Shown here one piece after another: positions 1 through 10,374 of a stretch of DNA of 64,000 nucleotides; the first letter of the stretch is position 1; every line of letters starts with the position of its first letter. Below the pieces are notes generated by a model. It did not search any database and was not told the origin of the DNA. It saw only the letters and a program-made list of their open reading frames with translations. The DNA is from an uncultured delta proteobacterium (GTDB lineage Bacteria > Desulfobacterota > Binatia > UBA9968), in NCBI GenBank assembly GCA_963804165.1, contig CAWDPO010000004.1, forward strand, positions 143,974-207,973. The letters are read 5' to 3'. Position numbers and translations under genes: made by a program.

Positions 1-3000
1 TGCTAGTTCCACCGTGAACAATTTTTGTACGACGTCTTCTTCTTTTCGGCGTACCATCTCTTCGAACATGTCGAATCCCTCTTTCTGATACTCCTGGAGC
101 GGATTCTTTTGCCCGTAGCCGCGCAAACCAATGCCCTCTTTGAGATGATCCATGTTTAGAAGATGATCTTTCCACAGACTGTCGATGGTTTGCAGCATAA
201 TGATTTTTTCCAATTGCCGGAGCATCGGCTCGCCAAAACGTTTTTCCTTATCTTCGTAAGTTTGCAGCACCCGCTGGTGTGCCGTTTCCGATAGACCTTC
301 CGTCGACAATGACTCTTCTTCTCCGGCTTTAAACTCCAAACGAAGATTAAACTGATGATAAAACGCTTCGCCTAAACCTGCGAGATCCCATTCGGACGGA
401 TGAAGCTCTTTGTCCGAGTATCGTCCAACAATATCCTCAACAAGATCCTCGGCCATTTCGAGCACCTGCTCTTTCGAGGCCTCGCCTTTCAACACATCCC
501 GCCTTTGGTTGTAGACAACCTCCCGTTGCTTGTTGAGCACGTCATCGTACTCCAAAAGATGTTTACGAATATCGAAGTTGTGTCCTTCAACCTTCTTTTG
601 AGCATTTTCGATGGCACGAGTTACCAATCCATGCTCGATGGGTACACCTTCCTCCATGCCGAGCCGGCTCATAATACCCTGAATCCGATCCGCGCCAAAA
701 ATTCGCATCAGATCGTCTTCCAAAGACAGATAAAAACGCGACGAGCCGGGATCGCCCTGCCGGCCTGCGCGGCCGCGCAGCTGATTATCGATGCGCCGGC
801 TTTCGTGACGCTCCGTGCCTAGAATATGCAATCCCCCAGCGGCGATAACGCGATCCTTTTCCTCACTGCACACCTTGTTGTAGTTTTCCAAGATTTCACT
901 AAATCGCTGGCGATTTTGGTCCGGGGCTTTATCCAACTCTTCTCGAACCTGTTCGACCATGCGAAGATATTCCTGCCGTTTCGCTTCGTAGTATTGCTGC
1001 GCGGCCTGTATCGACTCCTCGTACGGCACTCGGATTTCTTCGCAGCGGGCTTCAGCTTCCTCAAAAGCACGATGAGCCTCATCGTATTCTGTAATGACGG
1101 CGGCGTGTTCCCCGTCGGCAAGCGCGGCGCGGGCGTTTTCAAACTCCAGATCAATCAGGCGCTGCTCGTAAATTCGGCGTTTCTCATCGAGCGCTTCGAT
1201 CAGAGCTTCGCGCTCACCGTTGTTTTGTTGCCAGCGTTCCAATGCCGCAGTAAATCCGTCCCTTGCTTCGTCGAATTCGCCGGCGGTCTCGGCATCGGTG
1301 CCGCGAGATGCATTGAGAACCGCGGCTTCGAGCGCCTCTTTACTGCGCAGATATCCTTCAGGAATCGGACGCATATTATGAAGTGCTTCGATCAGTTGCG
1401 TCGCTGAAAGATCCTCGTAACGCTCGCGCGCCTCGCGAAAAGGTGAAATCCCGCGGATCTCACGCTGAAGTTCCGTGGTTCGCTTTAACGCTTCGCCGCG
1501 TTTTTGATCGAAAACCTCTCCATCCTTCAGATACTTTTGTTCCGCGCGCTGCACCTCTTCTTCGTATTTTTCTCTAAGTTCGCGCAGGGCGTCTTCGTAG
1601 CGCGCTGCGCCTTGAATCGGCAGTTTTGCCGCGCGGCTGATCCATTCGTTTTCCATATCCGAGCGCGCAAGAAATTCCGGATTGCCGCCGAGCAAGATAT
1701 CCGTGCCCCGTCCCGCCATGTTGGTCGCGATGGTCACCGCGGCGAACCTGCCCGCCTGAGCGATTATGCTCGCCTCGGCTTCATGGTTCACCGCATTCAA
1801 AACGTTGTGCTTGATGCCTTTCTTTTTGAGCATGCGTGAGATCCGCTCGGATTTGGCCACCGAAGTCGTGCCGACCAATATGGGTTGTCCCTTCTTGCTT
1901 CGCTCTTCGATTTCCTGGACGACCGCGTCGTATTTTTCATTGTCGGTGCGATAGACCACGTCCGGAAGATCCTGACGCACCATCGCGCGATGAGTCGGGA
2001 TGACAACAACATCCAGTTTATAGATTTTTTTGAACTCGGGAGCCTCCGTGTCCGCGGTCCCAGTCATGCCGGCCAGCTTCTTGTACATGCGAAAATAATT
2101 TTGAATCGTGATCGTTGCCAGCGTCTGGTTTTCTTCCCGAATATGCACGCGCTCCTTGGCTTCGACCGCCTGATGCAATCCGTCCGACCAGCGCCGCCCC
2201 GGCATCAATCTACCGGTGAATTCGTCGACAATGATCACCTCTCCGTCCTTCACCACATAGTCGACGTCACGCTTGAAAATCGCGTGCGCCTTGAGCGCCT
2301 GCTGCACGTGGTGCAAGGTATCAATCTGGCGCGGATCGTAGAGATTGTGTACGCCGAGCAAACGCTCCACCTTCGCCACGCCACCTTCCGTCAACGTGAC
2401 CGCGCGGCTTTTTTCGTCAACCGTATAATCGCCCTTGGCGTCGATCGCAGCGCGGTCCTCCTGGGATGGGTCGCCCTGGATTACCGCACCCCTTTGCAGT
2501 TTCGGAATGATACGATCGATGACGTAGTACTTATCCGTGGATTCCTCCGCTGGCCCGGAAATGATCAGCGGGGTTCGCGCTTCATCGATGAGGATATTAT
2601 CGACCTCGTCCACCACGGCGTAATTGAGTTCCCGTTGGACATACTCTTCCAGCGAGAACTTCATGTTGTCGCGCAGATAATCAAAGCCAAATTCGTTATT
2701 GGTGCCGTAGGTGATATCTGCGAGGTACGCTTCCTGGCGGCTGATCGGGCGCAAGTTGAGATAACGATAATCCTGAGTAATAAATGTCGGGTCGAAAAGA
2801 TAACTCGCTTCGTGCACGATGGACGCGGTCGACAACCCCAACTTGTGGAATATCGGCCCCATCCACTGGACGTCACGCCGAGCTAGATAGTCGTTCACGG
2901 TGATCAGGTGAACGCCGCGACCCGTTAAAGCATTCAAGTAAAGCGCCAGAGTCGCCACGAGAGTTTTGCCTTCGCCGGTTTTCATCTCGGCGATCTTGCC

Positions 3001-3408
3001 CTCGTGAAGCACGACCCCGCCGATCATTTGCACGTCGAAATGGCGCAGTCCGATCGTGCGCCGCGAAGCCTCGCGCACAGCCGCGAACGCTTCCGCGAGA
3101 AGGTCTTCGAGAACCTCAGCCTCTTTCTCGCGTAATTGCTTATCGATCTCTTCGATCTGTGTTTTGATCTCGTCGCGGCGATCCGGTTCCGCGTTTACGC
3201 CTTCGACACGCGCTTCCTCGAGATCCCTTTTCAAGTTCGCGGTAGCTTCGGAAAGACGCGCCTTAAACTGGTCCGTTCTTGCCTTCAGTTCTGCATCGGT
3301 GAACCGCTGACAATCAGACTCCCACTTGTTGATGTTTTCGACGTAAGGACGAATCCGCTTGATTTCTCGGTCGTTCTTGGTGCCGATGATTTTTTTTATC
3401 CAATCCAT
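1..3408 (-). CDS. secA: Preprotein translocase subunit SecA (3' end runs off the window)
   Basis: Not in the ORF track because it is open at the window edge. Manual minus-strand translation from the ATG at 3408 gives [18 protein letters not shown]..., [77 protein letters not shown] and [14 protein letters not shown]. Confidence 0.97.
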   Translation of the reverse strand, partial: MDWIKKIIGTKNDREIKRIRPYVENINKWESDCQRFTDAELKARTDQFKARLSEATANLKRDLEEARVEGVNAEPDRRDEIKTQIEEIDKQLREKEAEVLEDLLAEAFAAVREASRRTIGLRHFDVQMIGGVVLHEGKIAEMKTGEGKTLVATLALYLNALTGRGVHLITVNDYLARRDVQWMGPIFHKLGLSTASIVHEASYLFDPTFITQDYRYLNLRPISRQEAYLADITYGTNNEFGFDYLRDNMKFSLEEYVQRELNYAVVDEVDNILIDEARTPLIISGPAEESTDKYYVIDRIIPKLQRGAVIQGDPSQEDRAAIDAKGDYTVDEKSRAVTLTEGGVAKVERLLGVHNLYDPRQIDTLHHVQQALKAHAIFKRDVDYVVKDGEVIIVDEFTGRLMPGRRWSDGLHQAVEAKERVHIREENQTLATITIQNYFRMYKKLAGMTGTADTEAPEFKKIYKLDVVVIPTHRAMVRQDLPDVVYRTDNEKYDAVVQEIEERSKKGQPILVGTTSVAKSERISRMLKKKGIKHNVLNAVNHEAEASIIAQAGRFAAVTIATNMAGRGTDILLGGNPEFLARSDMENEWISRAAKLPIQGAARYEDALRELREKYEEEVQRAEQKYLKDGEVFDQKRGEALKRTTELQREIRGISPFREARERYEDLSATQLIEALHNMRPIPEGYLRSKEALEAAVLNASRGTDAETAGEFDEARDGFTAALERWQQNNGEREALIEALDEKRRIYEQRLIDLEFENARAALADGEHAAVITEYDEAHRAFEEAEARCEEIRVPYEESIQAAQQYYEAKRQEYLRMVEQVREELDKAPDQNRQRFSEILENYNKVCSEEKDRVIAAGGLHILGTERHESRRIDNQLRGRAGRQGDPGSSRFYLSLEDDLMRIFGADRIQGIMSRLGMEEGVPIEHGLVTRAIENAQKKVEGHNFDIRKHLLEYDDVLNKQREVVYNQRRDVLKGEASKEQVLEMAEDLVEDIVGRYSDKELHPSEWDLAGLGEAFYHQFNLRLEFKAGEEESLSTEGLSETAHQRVLQTYEDKEKRFGEPMLRQLEKIIMLQTIDSLWKDHLLNMDHLKEGIGLRGYGQKNPLQEYQKEGFDMFEEMVRRKEEDVVQKLFTVELA

Positions 3409-3532
3409 AAAGCGCTGAATGTTCTCCTGCTTGCTTTGCGACGGAGAAGGAATCGATTTAGCTAGAGAATATCAAAATACATGATTCCGCCATGCACTTA
3501 AAGGCATTCTTGAGGAACGAAATTCAACGCCG

Positions 3533-4333
3533 TCAACGTTCAATGCGCACCGCCGACTCGACTTTCTCGCCGAGAAAGCGCCGGCCGACTTTAATGAAGC
3601 GGTCGGGTGCGTCGGTGACAAAAAAGCTATGTGTCCCTTTGCCGTTTTTTCTCAAGATCGATTTCCTTTTTAGAACCGACTCCACCACTTTGGCGGTTTC
3701 CTCGGCAGAATCGACCAGGCGCACGCCGCTGCCCATGAACTTTCGAATCGCTTTCTTCAATAACGGATAATGCGTGCAGCCCAGTATCAGCGTGTCGATC
3801 CCGCTTTGCTTAAAACTCTGCAGGTAGGCCTTGGCCGTCATCTCGACCACGTCGTTGTCTGTCCAACCTTCCTCGACTAACGGCACGAATAGCGGACAGG
3901 CTCGACTGTAGACTTCAATGGCCGGATTCACCGCTTTGAGGGCATGCGTGTAAGCTCCGCTTTGAATCGTCGCTTCCGTACCGATGACGCCGATCTTTTT
4001 ATTTTTCGTGCTTCTGACCGCACGCCGCACTCCCGGCTCGATCACGCCGATCACTGGAACCGCCAAGCGCTCTATTAATCGATTCAACGCGATGGCCGTT
4101 GATGTGTTGCACGCAATGACGACAACCTTGACGCCCTTTTCAACGAGGAATTCGCTATTTTCGAAAGAATAGCGCAACACCGTTTCCACTGATTTCGTAC
4201 CGTACGGCGCCCGTGCGGTATCCCCCAAATAGACTGTGTTTTCCCGTGGCAAAGCTTCGATGATCTGGTGCAACACCGTGAGACCGCCGATTCCCGAGTC
4301 AAAGACACCGATCGCGCTGTCCTTGTTCAGCAT
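3533..4333 (-). CDS. murI: Glutamate racemase
   Basis: Motifs FDSGIGGLTV, PYGTKS, IACNTS and LGCTHYP. Confidence 0.97.
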   Translation of the reverse strand: MLNKDSAIGVFDSGIGGLTVLHQIIEALPRENTVYLGDTARAPYGTKSVETVLRYSFENSEFLVEKGVKVVVIACNTSTAIALNRLIERLAVPVIGVIEPGVRRAVRSTKNKKIGVIGTEATIQSGAYTHALKAVNPAIEVYSRACPLFVPLVEEGWTDNDVVEMTAKAYLQSFKQSGIDTLILGCTHYPLLKKAIRKFMGSGVRLVDSAEETAKVVESVLKRKSILRKNGKGTHSFFVTDAPDRFIKVGRRFLGEKVESAVRIER

Positions 4334-4343
4334 TTTTTGACTA

Positions 4344-5438
4344 TCAATCGACCGGCGCCATTTGATTGCCGAGTTCCTTCTCGCAGGCCGGAGCGAAACC
4401 GAACACCTGTTGCCATACGTCTCGCGATTCCATGCAGAGATAAATCTTGACCGTCGGCGCGGCGCGGCGAATCCAACTGACCATCTTGCGGTACATCTCG
4501 ACGCGCAATGGCTGAAAGTAGCGCATCTTGCCGTCGGGACAAAGCACTTGCTCCCCGGTTACGAGCCGAGTGTGCGGAAATCGCTCGCGCATCATCCGCT
4601 TAAGCACGGGCGTCTCCCGCAATACGCCGAGACTCAACCACGAAAGCTGGTGCCAATCGATGGTCGCAAAAATCTGTTCGAGCATCGTTTGGTAGCCCAC
4701 TTCCCATCCGCGATATTCGATTATCGGATCGAAGTGAAAGCCTATACGGTAGCCGGCGTCCTGACAACGACGCGCCGCAGCAAGCCGATCATCGAATGAC
4801 GCTGTGCCATGCTCGTCGAGATCGATCACCGGCTGGGGATTCATAGACCACGCGACCACGACGCGGCCTTTAGAATCGAGATCGAGTAAGCTGTCGACGC
4901 AGTCGCTTTTGGTCTTGAGCTCTAGGAGCACGTTAGGTTGGTCGGCAAAGTACGGGATCAGCTCTTTCACCATGCCGGTGTACGGCTCGAGCGCCAGGCT
5001 ATCGGTTATCTCTCCGGTGCCGATGCGGAAAAAGACACCGCGATGCTTTTGCAAAGTACGATCGGCTTCGTCGATCAAATCGTCGACATTGCTAAAAACC
5101 TTAAGCGATGGGTTATCGAGCAAATAGTCTTGCAGGTAGCAGTAGCTGCAATCCATCGGGCAGTTACTGGCGAAGTTGATCACGAAATAGTTGCAACATA
5201 CCTGGCCGTCGCTGCCCGGACATTTTTTTAAGAAATCCCCCTTGTAGCGGCTCAAGTAAAGTTTCTTTTTCGCCGCGCCAAAGCGATCGCCACGGGCGAA
5301 ATCGGTAGTCGCATCCGATCCAAGACCGTCGACGAATTTTACGGGAACTTGCGGCAACGTGCGCCGCAAATTGGCGTAGATTCGACTCGACACTGAGCCG
5401 TGTTCGACGATCAGTTCTTCGGGGAGGAAATCTTCCAT
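4344..5438 (-). CDS. Spore photoproduct lyase-like radical SAM protein
   Basis: CxxxCxxC (CPMDCSYC), upstream CPG...VCCNY, IGTGEITDSL, ELKTKS and GFHFDPII are typical of SPL-family radical SAM proteins. Confidence 0.85.
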   Translation of the reverse strand: MEDFLPEELIVEHGSVSSRIYANLRRTLPQVPVKFVDGLGSDATTDFARGDRFGAAKKKLYLSRYKGDFLKKCPGSDGQVCCNYFVINFASNCPMDCSYCYLQDYLLDNPSLKVFSNVDDLIDEADRTLQKHRGVFFRIGTGEITDSLALEPYTGMVKELIPYFADQPNVLLELKTKSDCVDSLLDLDSKGRVVVAWSMNPQPVIDLDEHGTASFDDRLAAARRCQDAGYRIGFHFDPIIEYRGWEVGYQTMLEQIFATIDWHQLSWLSLGVLRETPVLKRMMRERFPHTRLVTGEQVLCPDGKMRYFQPLRVEMYRKMVSWIRRAAPTVKIYLCMESRDVWQQVFGFAPACEKELGNQMAPVD

Positions 5439-5453
5439 GCGGCAATTACTGTC

Positions 5454-6005
5454 CTATTCGTGCTCGTTCTCGGGACTGCGTCCGGCCAAAAGGTCGAAGA
5501 TCTCCGGCGCCAAACTCGTTGCCGCAGCTTCGCGAAGTTTCCCTGCAAGCGCCAGCAGCTCCGAGGCGCTCGTGGCAGTGAATTCGATGTGGAGCCGTCC
5601 GCCTTCTAATCCCGGCGGCACGCTCACGCGAATCTCCGGATGGAGCTTCAAACTCTTAATCCTATTCCGAATCTCGTCTTCGGTTATCGCCAAACGCGGA
5701 AATCTCCACCGCCTGAGTTGCTCTTTGATTCGCTTAACTTTATCGGCGCGACCCAATCGCGGGTCGGTGCTGACATCGCTAATTGCTTTTGTTGCCAAGA
5801 TTTGGTTGATCTTCGCGTGATCGCGCAGGGCGATTTCCTCGAGCCAATCCATGATATCTCTTAAGTGATTTTCGCCAATTTTAAGCGTGATAGCGAGATC
5901 TCCAAGCGCGTCCCTATCCGTCTCTTCCCACCCGAGCCAGCGCGCCAGGGTTTGCGAATGAAAACTTTTCTCGTGCGCGTAAACGCGCATCTCGCTCTCC
6001 GACAT
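5454..6005 (-). CDS. Hypothetical helical protein, possibly resembling a ParB C-terminal region
   Basis: Intact 183-aa ORF with an upstream purine-rich RBS, co-oriented between the GT2 and SPL-like genes. The ParB resemblance is a weak impression. Confidence 0.6.
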   Translation of the reverse strand: MSESEMRVYAHEKSFHSQTLARWLGWEETDRDALGDLAITLKIGENHLRDIMDWLEEIALRDHAKINQILATKAISDVSTDPRLGRADKVKRIKEQLRRWRFPRLAITEDEIRNRIKSLKLHPEIRVSVPPGLEGGRLHIEFTATSASELLALAGKLREAAATSLAPEIFDLLAGRSPENEHE

Positions 6006-6870
6006 CCCTTTTCTCCTCTGTAAATTCTGTGAAGACGGCCTCGTAGGCCCCCGCTTCCTGCTCTTTTCCCCTCTTGCGCGCGCCTCGCGCGAGGATCATG
6101 ACTTTGCGCCGCAGCGCTTCGAGCGCCGCCGTCCTGCGTGCGCCATCAAGACCCGAGCACAATATTTTTTGCAATGCCAAAATTCGATAACGATCCATGC
6201 CCCACAGGGAACGCGACAACTGATCGGCGTGACCACCCCGCTTTACGACGAGAGCCTCAGGAATCAACGGCACCGAATATGCCGAGGCGACGCGCAACCA
6301 AAGGTCGTAGTCTTCGCATACGGGAAAAGACTCATCGAAGCCACCGACCCGCTGGAAAAGGTCGCTTGTCATCATCACCGCGGACGGACTTACCAAACAG
6401 AGATCCAAGCTACGCACAAAGACGTCACCGGAAGGCTTTCGATGAACCGCTTTAGCGTTGACCCTGACACCATTGCGAATCCAAATCTCCTCGGTCTGGC
6501 AAATTTGAATCTCCAGGTGCCGGTCCAGAAAGGCTATTTGGATCTCCAGTTTACGCGGCAGCCAAAGATCGTCGGAATCTAGAAAAGCAACGTAACGACC
6601 CTGGGCCTGGCTGACGCCGAAATTGCGCGCCGCGGCGACGCCCCGTCTCGTTGTCTTAAACAATCGTAAACGCCCACCGAATTTTGCCAATCGATTGACC
6701 GTGTCGTCCGTCGAACCGTCATCGACGACGATGAGCTCAAAATCTCGAAAACTCTGCGCAAGCACAGAGTCGACGGCTTCGGCAATTAGAGGCCATCGGT
6801 TATAGGTTGGAATAACGACGCTGGTTATCGGCGACACGACGGACTCGAGTCTTTGGATCTGACTGACCAA
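5914..6870 (-). CDS. Glycosyltransferase family 2
   Basis: SVVIPTYNR, VVDDGSTD, AFLDSDD and EDYDLWLR. Confidence 0.92.
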   Translation of the reverse strand: MVSQIQRLESVVSPITSVVIPTYNRWPLIAEAVDSVLAQSFRDFELIVVDDGSTDDTVNRLAKFGGRLRLFKTTRRGVAAARNFGVSQAQGRYVAFLDSDDLWLPRKLEIQIAFLDRHLEIQICQTEEIWIRNGVRVNAKAVHRKPSGDVFVRSLDLCLVSPSAVMMTSDLFQRVGGFDESFPVCEDYDLWLRVASAYSVPLIPEALVVKRGGHADQLSRSLWGMDRYRILALQKILCSGLDGARRTAALEALRRKVMILARGARKRGKEQEAGAYEAVFTEFTEEKRDVGERDARLRAREKFSFANPGALARVGRDG

Positions 6871-6910
6871 CCTCGCGGCCGGACGATCAACAGAGGGTTT
6901 TTCACGTACG

Positions 6911-7342
6911 CTAAATAAACGTCTCCATTTTCTTGAAAAACTGGTCGACCATCATTTTGGCGACCCCGCTCATCATTCGTTGGCCGACGCTCGCGATCAG
7001 TCCGCCGACCTTGGCATCCGTGCTGTATTTGAGCACGGTTTGTCCATCGCGTTCTTCTAAATCAATCGCCACATCGCCCTGCATAAAACCCGGACCGCCC
7101 GACCCTTGACCGCTCAAAACATAATGGGACGGGGCTTGTTTGTCTTTGATCGCAACCTTACCTTTGTACGTTCCTTTCACCGACGCAACTCCGACTTTCA
7201 TCACGGCTTCAAATTGATCCGGCGCCACTTCGTTCATGCTTTCGCAGCCCGGCATGCACTGCGCCATGACTTTCGGATCGAGCAAGACTTGCCAAACCCG
7301 GTCTCGTGACGCGTTAAAAGTGTAACTTCCTTCGATCTTCAA
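6911..7342 (-). CDS. CoxG/SRPBCC family protein
   Basis: VWQVLLDP..MAQCMPGCE and GGLIASVGQRMM..VAK, a CoxG-like pattern. Confidence 0.85.
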   Translation of the reverse strand: MKIEGSYTFNASRDRVWQVLLDPKVMAQCMPGCESMNEVAPDQFEAVMKVGVASVKGTYKGKVAIKDKQAPSHYVLSGQGSGGPGFMQGDVAIDLEERDGQTVLKYSTDAKVGGLIASVGQRMMSGVAKMMVDQFFKKMETFI

Positions 7343-7522
7343 AAACCTTTTCCTCTATGTTTATTTTGCGCTAGCTCTGCTGAGCCCGGTCGATTGCCGA
7401 ATCCCTGATCGACCGCAAAAAACCATAACTTCCATCGGTGTAAAAAACAACACTGGAGTCGAATCACAACTTGAGCCTAGAAGAGTTGACGACCACGATA
7501 AATAGCGACTGTGAGTTCTTGA

Positions 7523-9607
7523 TTGAATCGCCGGCTAAGCTTCGCTAAACTTTCCCATCAGATGGCACAGCGAATACCCGCACTATTGCTGATTGTGGCG
7601 CTCGGGGTGTTGCCAGATCCGGTTTGTTCGCAGACCAACGATCCGAGCGACATGTTCGCAAGAGCATACGCTCTTTACACCAACGGCAAATCCGCCGACG
7701 CCAAGGAACTCTTCGAGAAGTTAATCGATCCCAAGTTCCGTCTGGCGGACTATAGCTTATATTACCTCGCAGCAATTAACTTTAGCCAGTCGAATTGGGA
7801 TCAGGCACGCCAGCTGCTCGCTCAATTGAAACAGCGATTTCCCCAGAGTATCTGGATTCAGTCAGCTGCGCTGCTCCAGGCCAAAATCGACATCGCCGAA
7901 AAAAAATACGGGCCGGCCACAGAAGCCCTGCGCCAGCTGCGCGCGGAAAAAGTGGCGCAACGCGACATCGCCGACGAAGCGCTCTATCTTCAAGCGCAGA
8001 TCCAAGAAGCTCAGGGCGAGCCGCGCCGCGGTCATGCGCTTTACAATGAGTTGCGCGACCAATCGCCCAATTCGCGTTGGTCGACGGCCGCCAGAAAAGC
8101 GCTGGCTAAGTTACGCGACTCCTTTCCCGAGATTTTCGCGTTCCGCACGATCGAATCCCTTGCCGACGAGGCCGACCGCTTGGTGCGGGAGCGTCAAATT
8201 AATGAAGCTGAAGTCCTTTACAAGAAGCTTTTGAATAACGCGACAGACGCCGACGCCCGGCTGCGCTATTTGGTCAAGCTCGCGAACCTCTATCTCTCGG
8301 CCCGGAGCAGAAGCGAATCCATGCCCCTACTTGAGCTGATCGCCCGGGAATTCCCAGGGAGCCCTGAAGCGCCGAAGGCGCTCTATCAAATCGGTCAAAT
8401 CTACTGGAATCGGCACGATAATGCCCAGGCATTCGAATATTTCAAACTGATCCTGGATAAATACCCGACCAGCGAGTATGTGGACCTCGCCCGCTTCGCC
8501 GTCGCGGACATCCATGAACACTTCGGCAGAAAAGAGGAAGCGATTCAGTTCTATAACGACATCATCCAGCCTTTTCCCAAGAGCCGGCTGCGCGACGACG
8601 CCGCCTGGCGCCTTGCCTGGCTGTACTACCGAAACGCCGACCTTGCCGCCGCAGCGGCGACGCTGAAGCTTCTCGCGAGCCAGTCAGGCAACGGCCCACT
8701 CGCCACTGCAGCACTTTACTGGCAAGCGCGTGTTGCCGAGAAATCCGGCGACATCGACGGCGCCCGACAGCTTTACCGCCATCTGGTCAACGCGGCGATT
8801 GAATCCTATTACCAAACCCTGTCGCTCCGCAGTCTCCAACGCATCGGCGGTATCGCCGACGATCCCAAGATTGTCAAACCGTACGCCGCGCAGGAATCAG
8901 ATCCTCCGATGCCGGCCGATCTGCTATTTCACGTCACGCGCGCTCGCGCGCTCTCGTCGCTTTCTCTGCGCCAACTCGCTGTGGCCGAGCTCGACGAGGT
9001 CAACCGCAGGACAAAATCCGCCGGTCACGTGCGCGCGCTCCTCATGCGCGAATATTTTCAGAACGGCGCCTACGGCCGGAGCCTGCAACTCGCCAACCAG
9101 CTCCCGAGCTCGCGCAGCGAGCGCGACCTTTACCGCTATCCGCTGGCATTCTGGGATATGATTCAACAAAAGGCGCAAGACCGCGGTCTCGATCCCTATC
9201 TCGTCATCGCACTGATCCGCCAGGAGAGTTTGTTCGACACCCGCGCCCGCTCGCCGGCAGCTGCGATGGGACTCATGCAATTGATCGCACCGACCGCGGC
9301 GCGGGTCGCCAAGCAACTCGGCCTGCCGGCGCCCTCTCAAGAAACCCTCTTCGAGCCGGAAGTAAATCTCACTCTTGGCACGCAATACTTGAAAGATTTG
9401 CTGCAACGCTATTCGAACAACTGGTACAAAGCCATCGCTGCGTACAACGCCGGCGAAGCCGCGGTTGATCGTTGGGAAAAGGAAATCGTCACCGACGATA
9501 TCGAAGAGTTCGTCGAGCGTATACCCTATGTCGAAACTCGGGGGTATGTTAAGCTTGTTTTACGAAATCACCAAATTTACAAACGGCTGTACGACACGCA
9601 AAAATGA
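7523..9607 (+). CDS. TPR-repeat soluble lytic transglycosylase (true start may be ~7562)
   Basis: N-terminal signal-like segment, many TPR-like repeats, and C-terminal SLT motifs IRQES, AMGLMQL, AYNAG and ETRGYV. Confidence 0.93.
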   Translation: MNRRLSFAKLSHQMAQRIPALLLIVALGVLPDPVCSQTNDPSDMFARAYALYTNGKSADAKELFEKLIDPKFRLADYSLYYLAAINFSQSNWDQARQLLAQLKQRFPQSIWIQSAALLQAKIDIAEKKYGPATEALRQLRAEKVAQRDIADEALYLQAQIQEAQGEPRRGHALYNELRDQSPNSRWSTAARKALAKLRDSFPEIFAFRTIESLADEADRLVRERQINEAEVLYKKLLNNATDADARLRYLVKLANLYLSARSRSESMPLLELIAREFPGSPEAPKALYQIGQIYWNRHDNAQAFEYFKLILDKYPTSEYVDLARFAVADIHEHFGRKEEAIQFYNDIIQPFPKSRLRDDAAWRLAWLYYRNADLAAAAATLKLLASQSGNGPLATAALYWQARVAEKSGDIDGARQLYRHLVNAAIESYYQTLSLRSLQRIGGIADDPKIVKPYAAQESDPPMPADLLFHVTRARALSSLSLRQLAVAELDEVNRRTKSAGHVRALLMREYFQNGAYGRSLQLANQLPSSRSERDLYRYPLAFWDMIQQKAQDRGLDPYLVIALIRQESLFDTRARSPAAAMGLMQLIAPTAARVAKQLGLPAPSQETLFEPEVNLTLGTQYLKDLLQRYSNNWYKAIAAYNAGEAAVDRWEKEIVTDDIEEFVERIPYVETRGYVKLVLRNHQIYKRLYDTQK

Positions 9608-10356
9608 CGAGAGACGCGCGCCCGTTAATCGGTGTCACCGCAGATCTTTCCGAAGCTTCCGGCAGGCTCAAAAACCATCGAGAATCGACCTTAATCGTAC
9701 CGCAAAGGTATCTGAGCGCCATCGAGCGTGCCGGTGCGATCCCGCTCGTCTTACCAGCAAGTAGCTCCGACTCCGCTTTGCGCCGAGTGGTAAGCCTCGT
9801 GGACGGTCTGGTCATTACCGGGGGAAACTTTGACATCCACCCACAGTATTACGGCGAAACCCCGCGCAAAGAGCTCGGCGTGATCAAAGCGCAGCGTACC
9901 GAATTTGAGCTGGGAATGACCGCCGCGGCATTGGCGCAAGACCTTCCCGTGTTAGGTATTTGCGGTGGAGCGCAAGCAATCAACGTCGCTTTAGGCGGCT
10001 CGTTGTACCAAGACATCGAAGCGCAGTGCGCCGGCGCCGGCGCACACCAACAAAGCGAAAAAAAATATAGCGGCGGACATCGCATAACGGTGCAAAACGG
10101 CACACAGCTTCACGCCATTGTCCGACAGCGAAGCTTGGAGGTGAACACGACCCATCACCAGGCCGTCAAAAAGCTGGGGCGTGGTCTGGTCGTGAGCGCG
10201 TTTGCCGACGATGGTGTTATCGAGGCGATAGAAAGCACGCGGCACCGATTCGTTCTCGGCGTCCAGTGGCACCCTGAAGTCTTGGCGCGACGAAAGGCGC
10301 AACAAAGCATATTCGCCGCCTTCGTCAAATGCTGCGCGCGGTGTCGCCGCGGTTGA
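9604..10356 (+). CDS. Peptidase C26 / gamma-glutamyl-gamma-aminobutyrate hydrolase family (class I GATase fold)
   Basis: RPLIGVT, LGICGGAQ, HHQAV and GVQWHPE. ATGA overlap with the SLT gene. Confidence 0.9.
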   Translation: MTRDARPLIGVTADLSEASGRLKNHRESTLIVPQRYLSAIERAGAIPLVLPASSSDSALRRVVSLVDGLVITGGNFDIHPQYYGETPRKELGVIKAQRTEFELGMTAAALAQDLPVLGICGGAQAINVALGGSLYQDIEAQCAGAGAHQQSEKKYSGGHRITVQNGTQLHAIVRQRSLEVNTTHHQAVKKLGRGLVVSAFADDGVIEAIESTRHRFVLGVQWHPEVLARRKAQQSIFAAFVKCCARCRRG

Positions 10357-10374
10357 CAACTCACTCGGCCGCTT

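Noticed and set aside
845-1665. Intein in SecA
   Set aside because: It has no Cys/Ser start with a His-Asn end and no LAGLIDADG-like motif. The composition is coiled-coil-like.
400-3465. Several long plus-strand ORFs (e.g. 1885..2886, 826..1407)
   Set aside because: They are antisense shadows of secA with no recognisable motifs.
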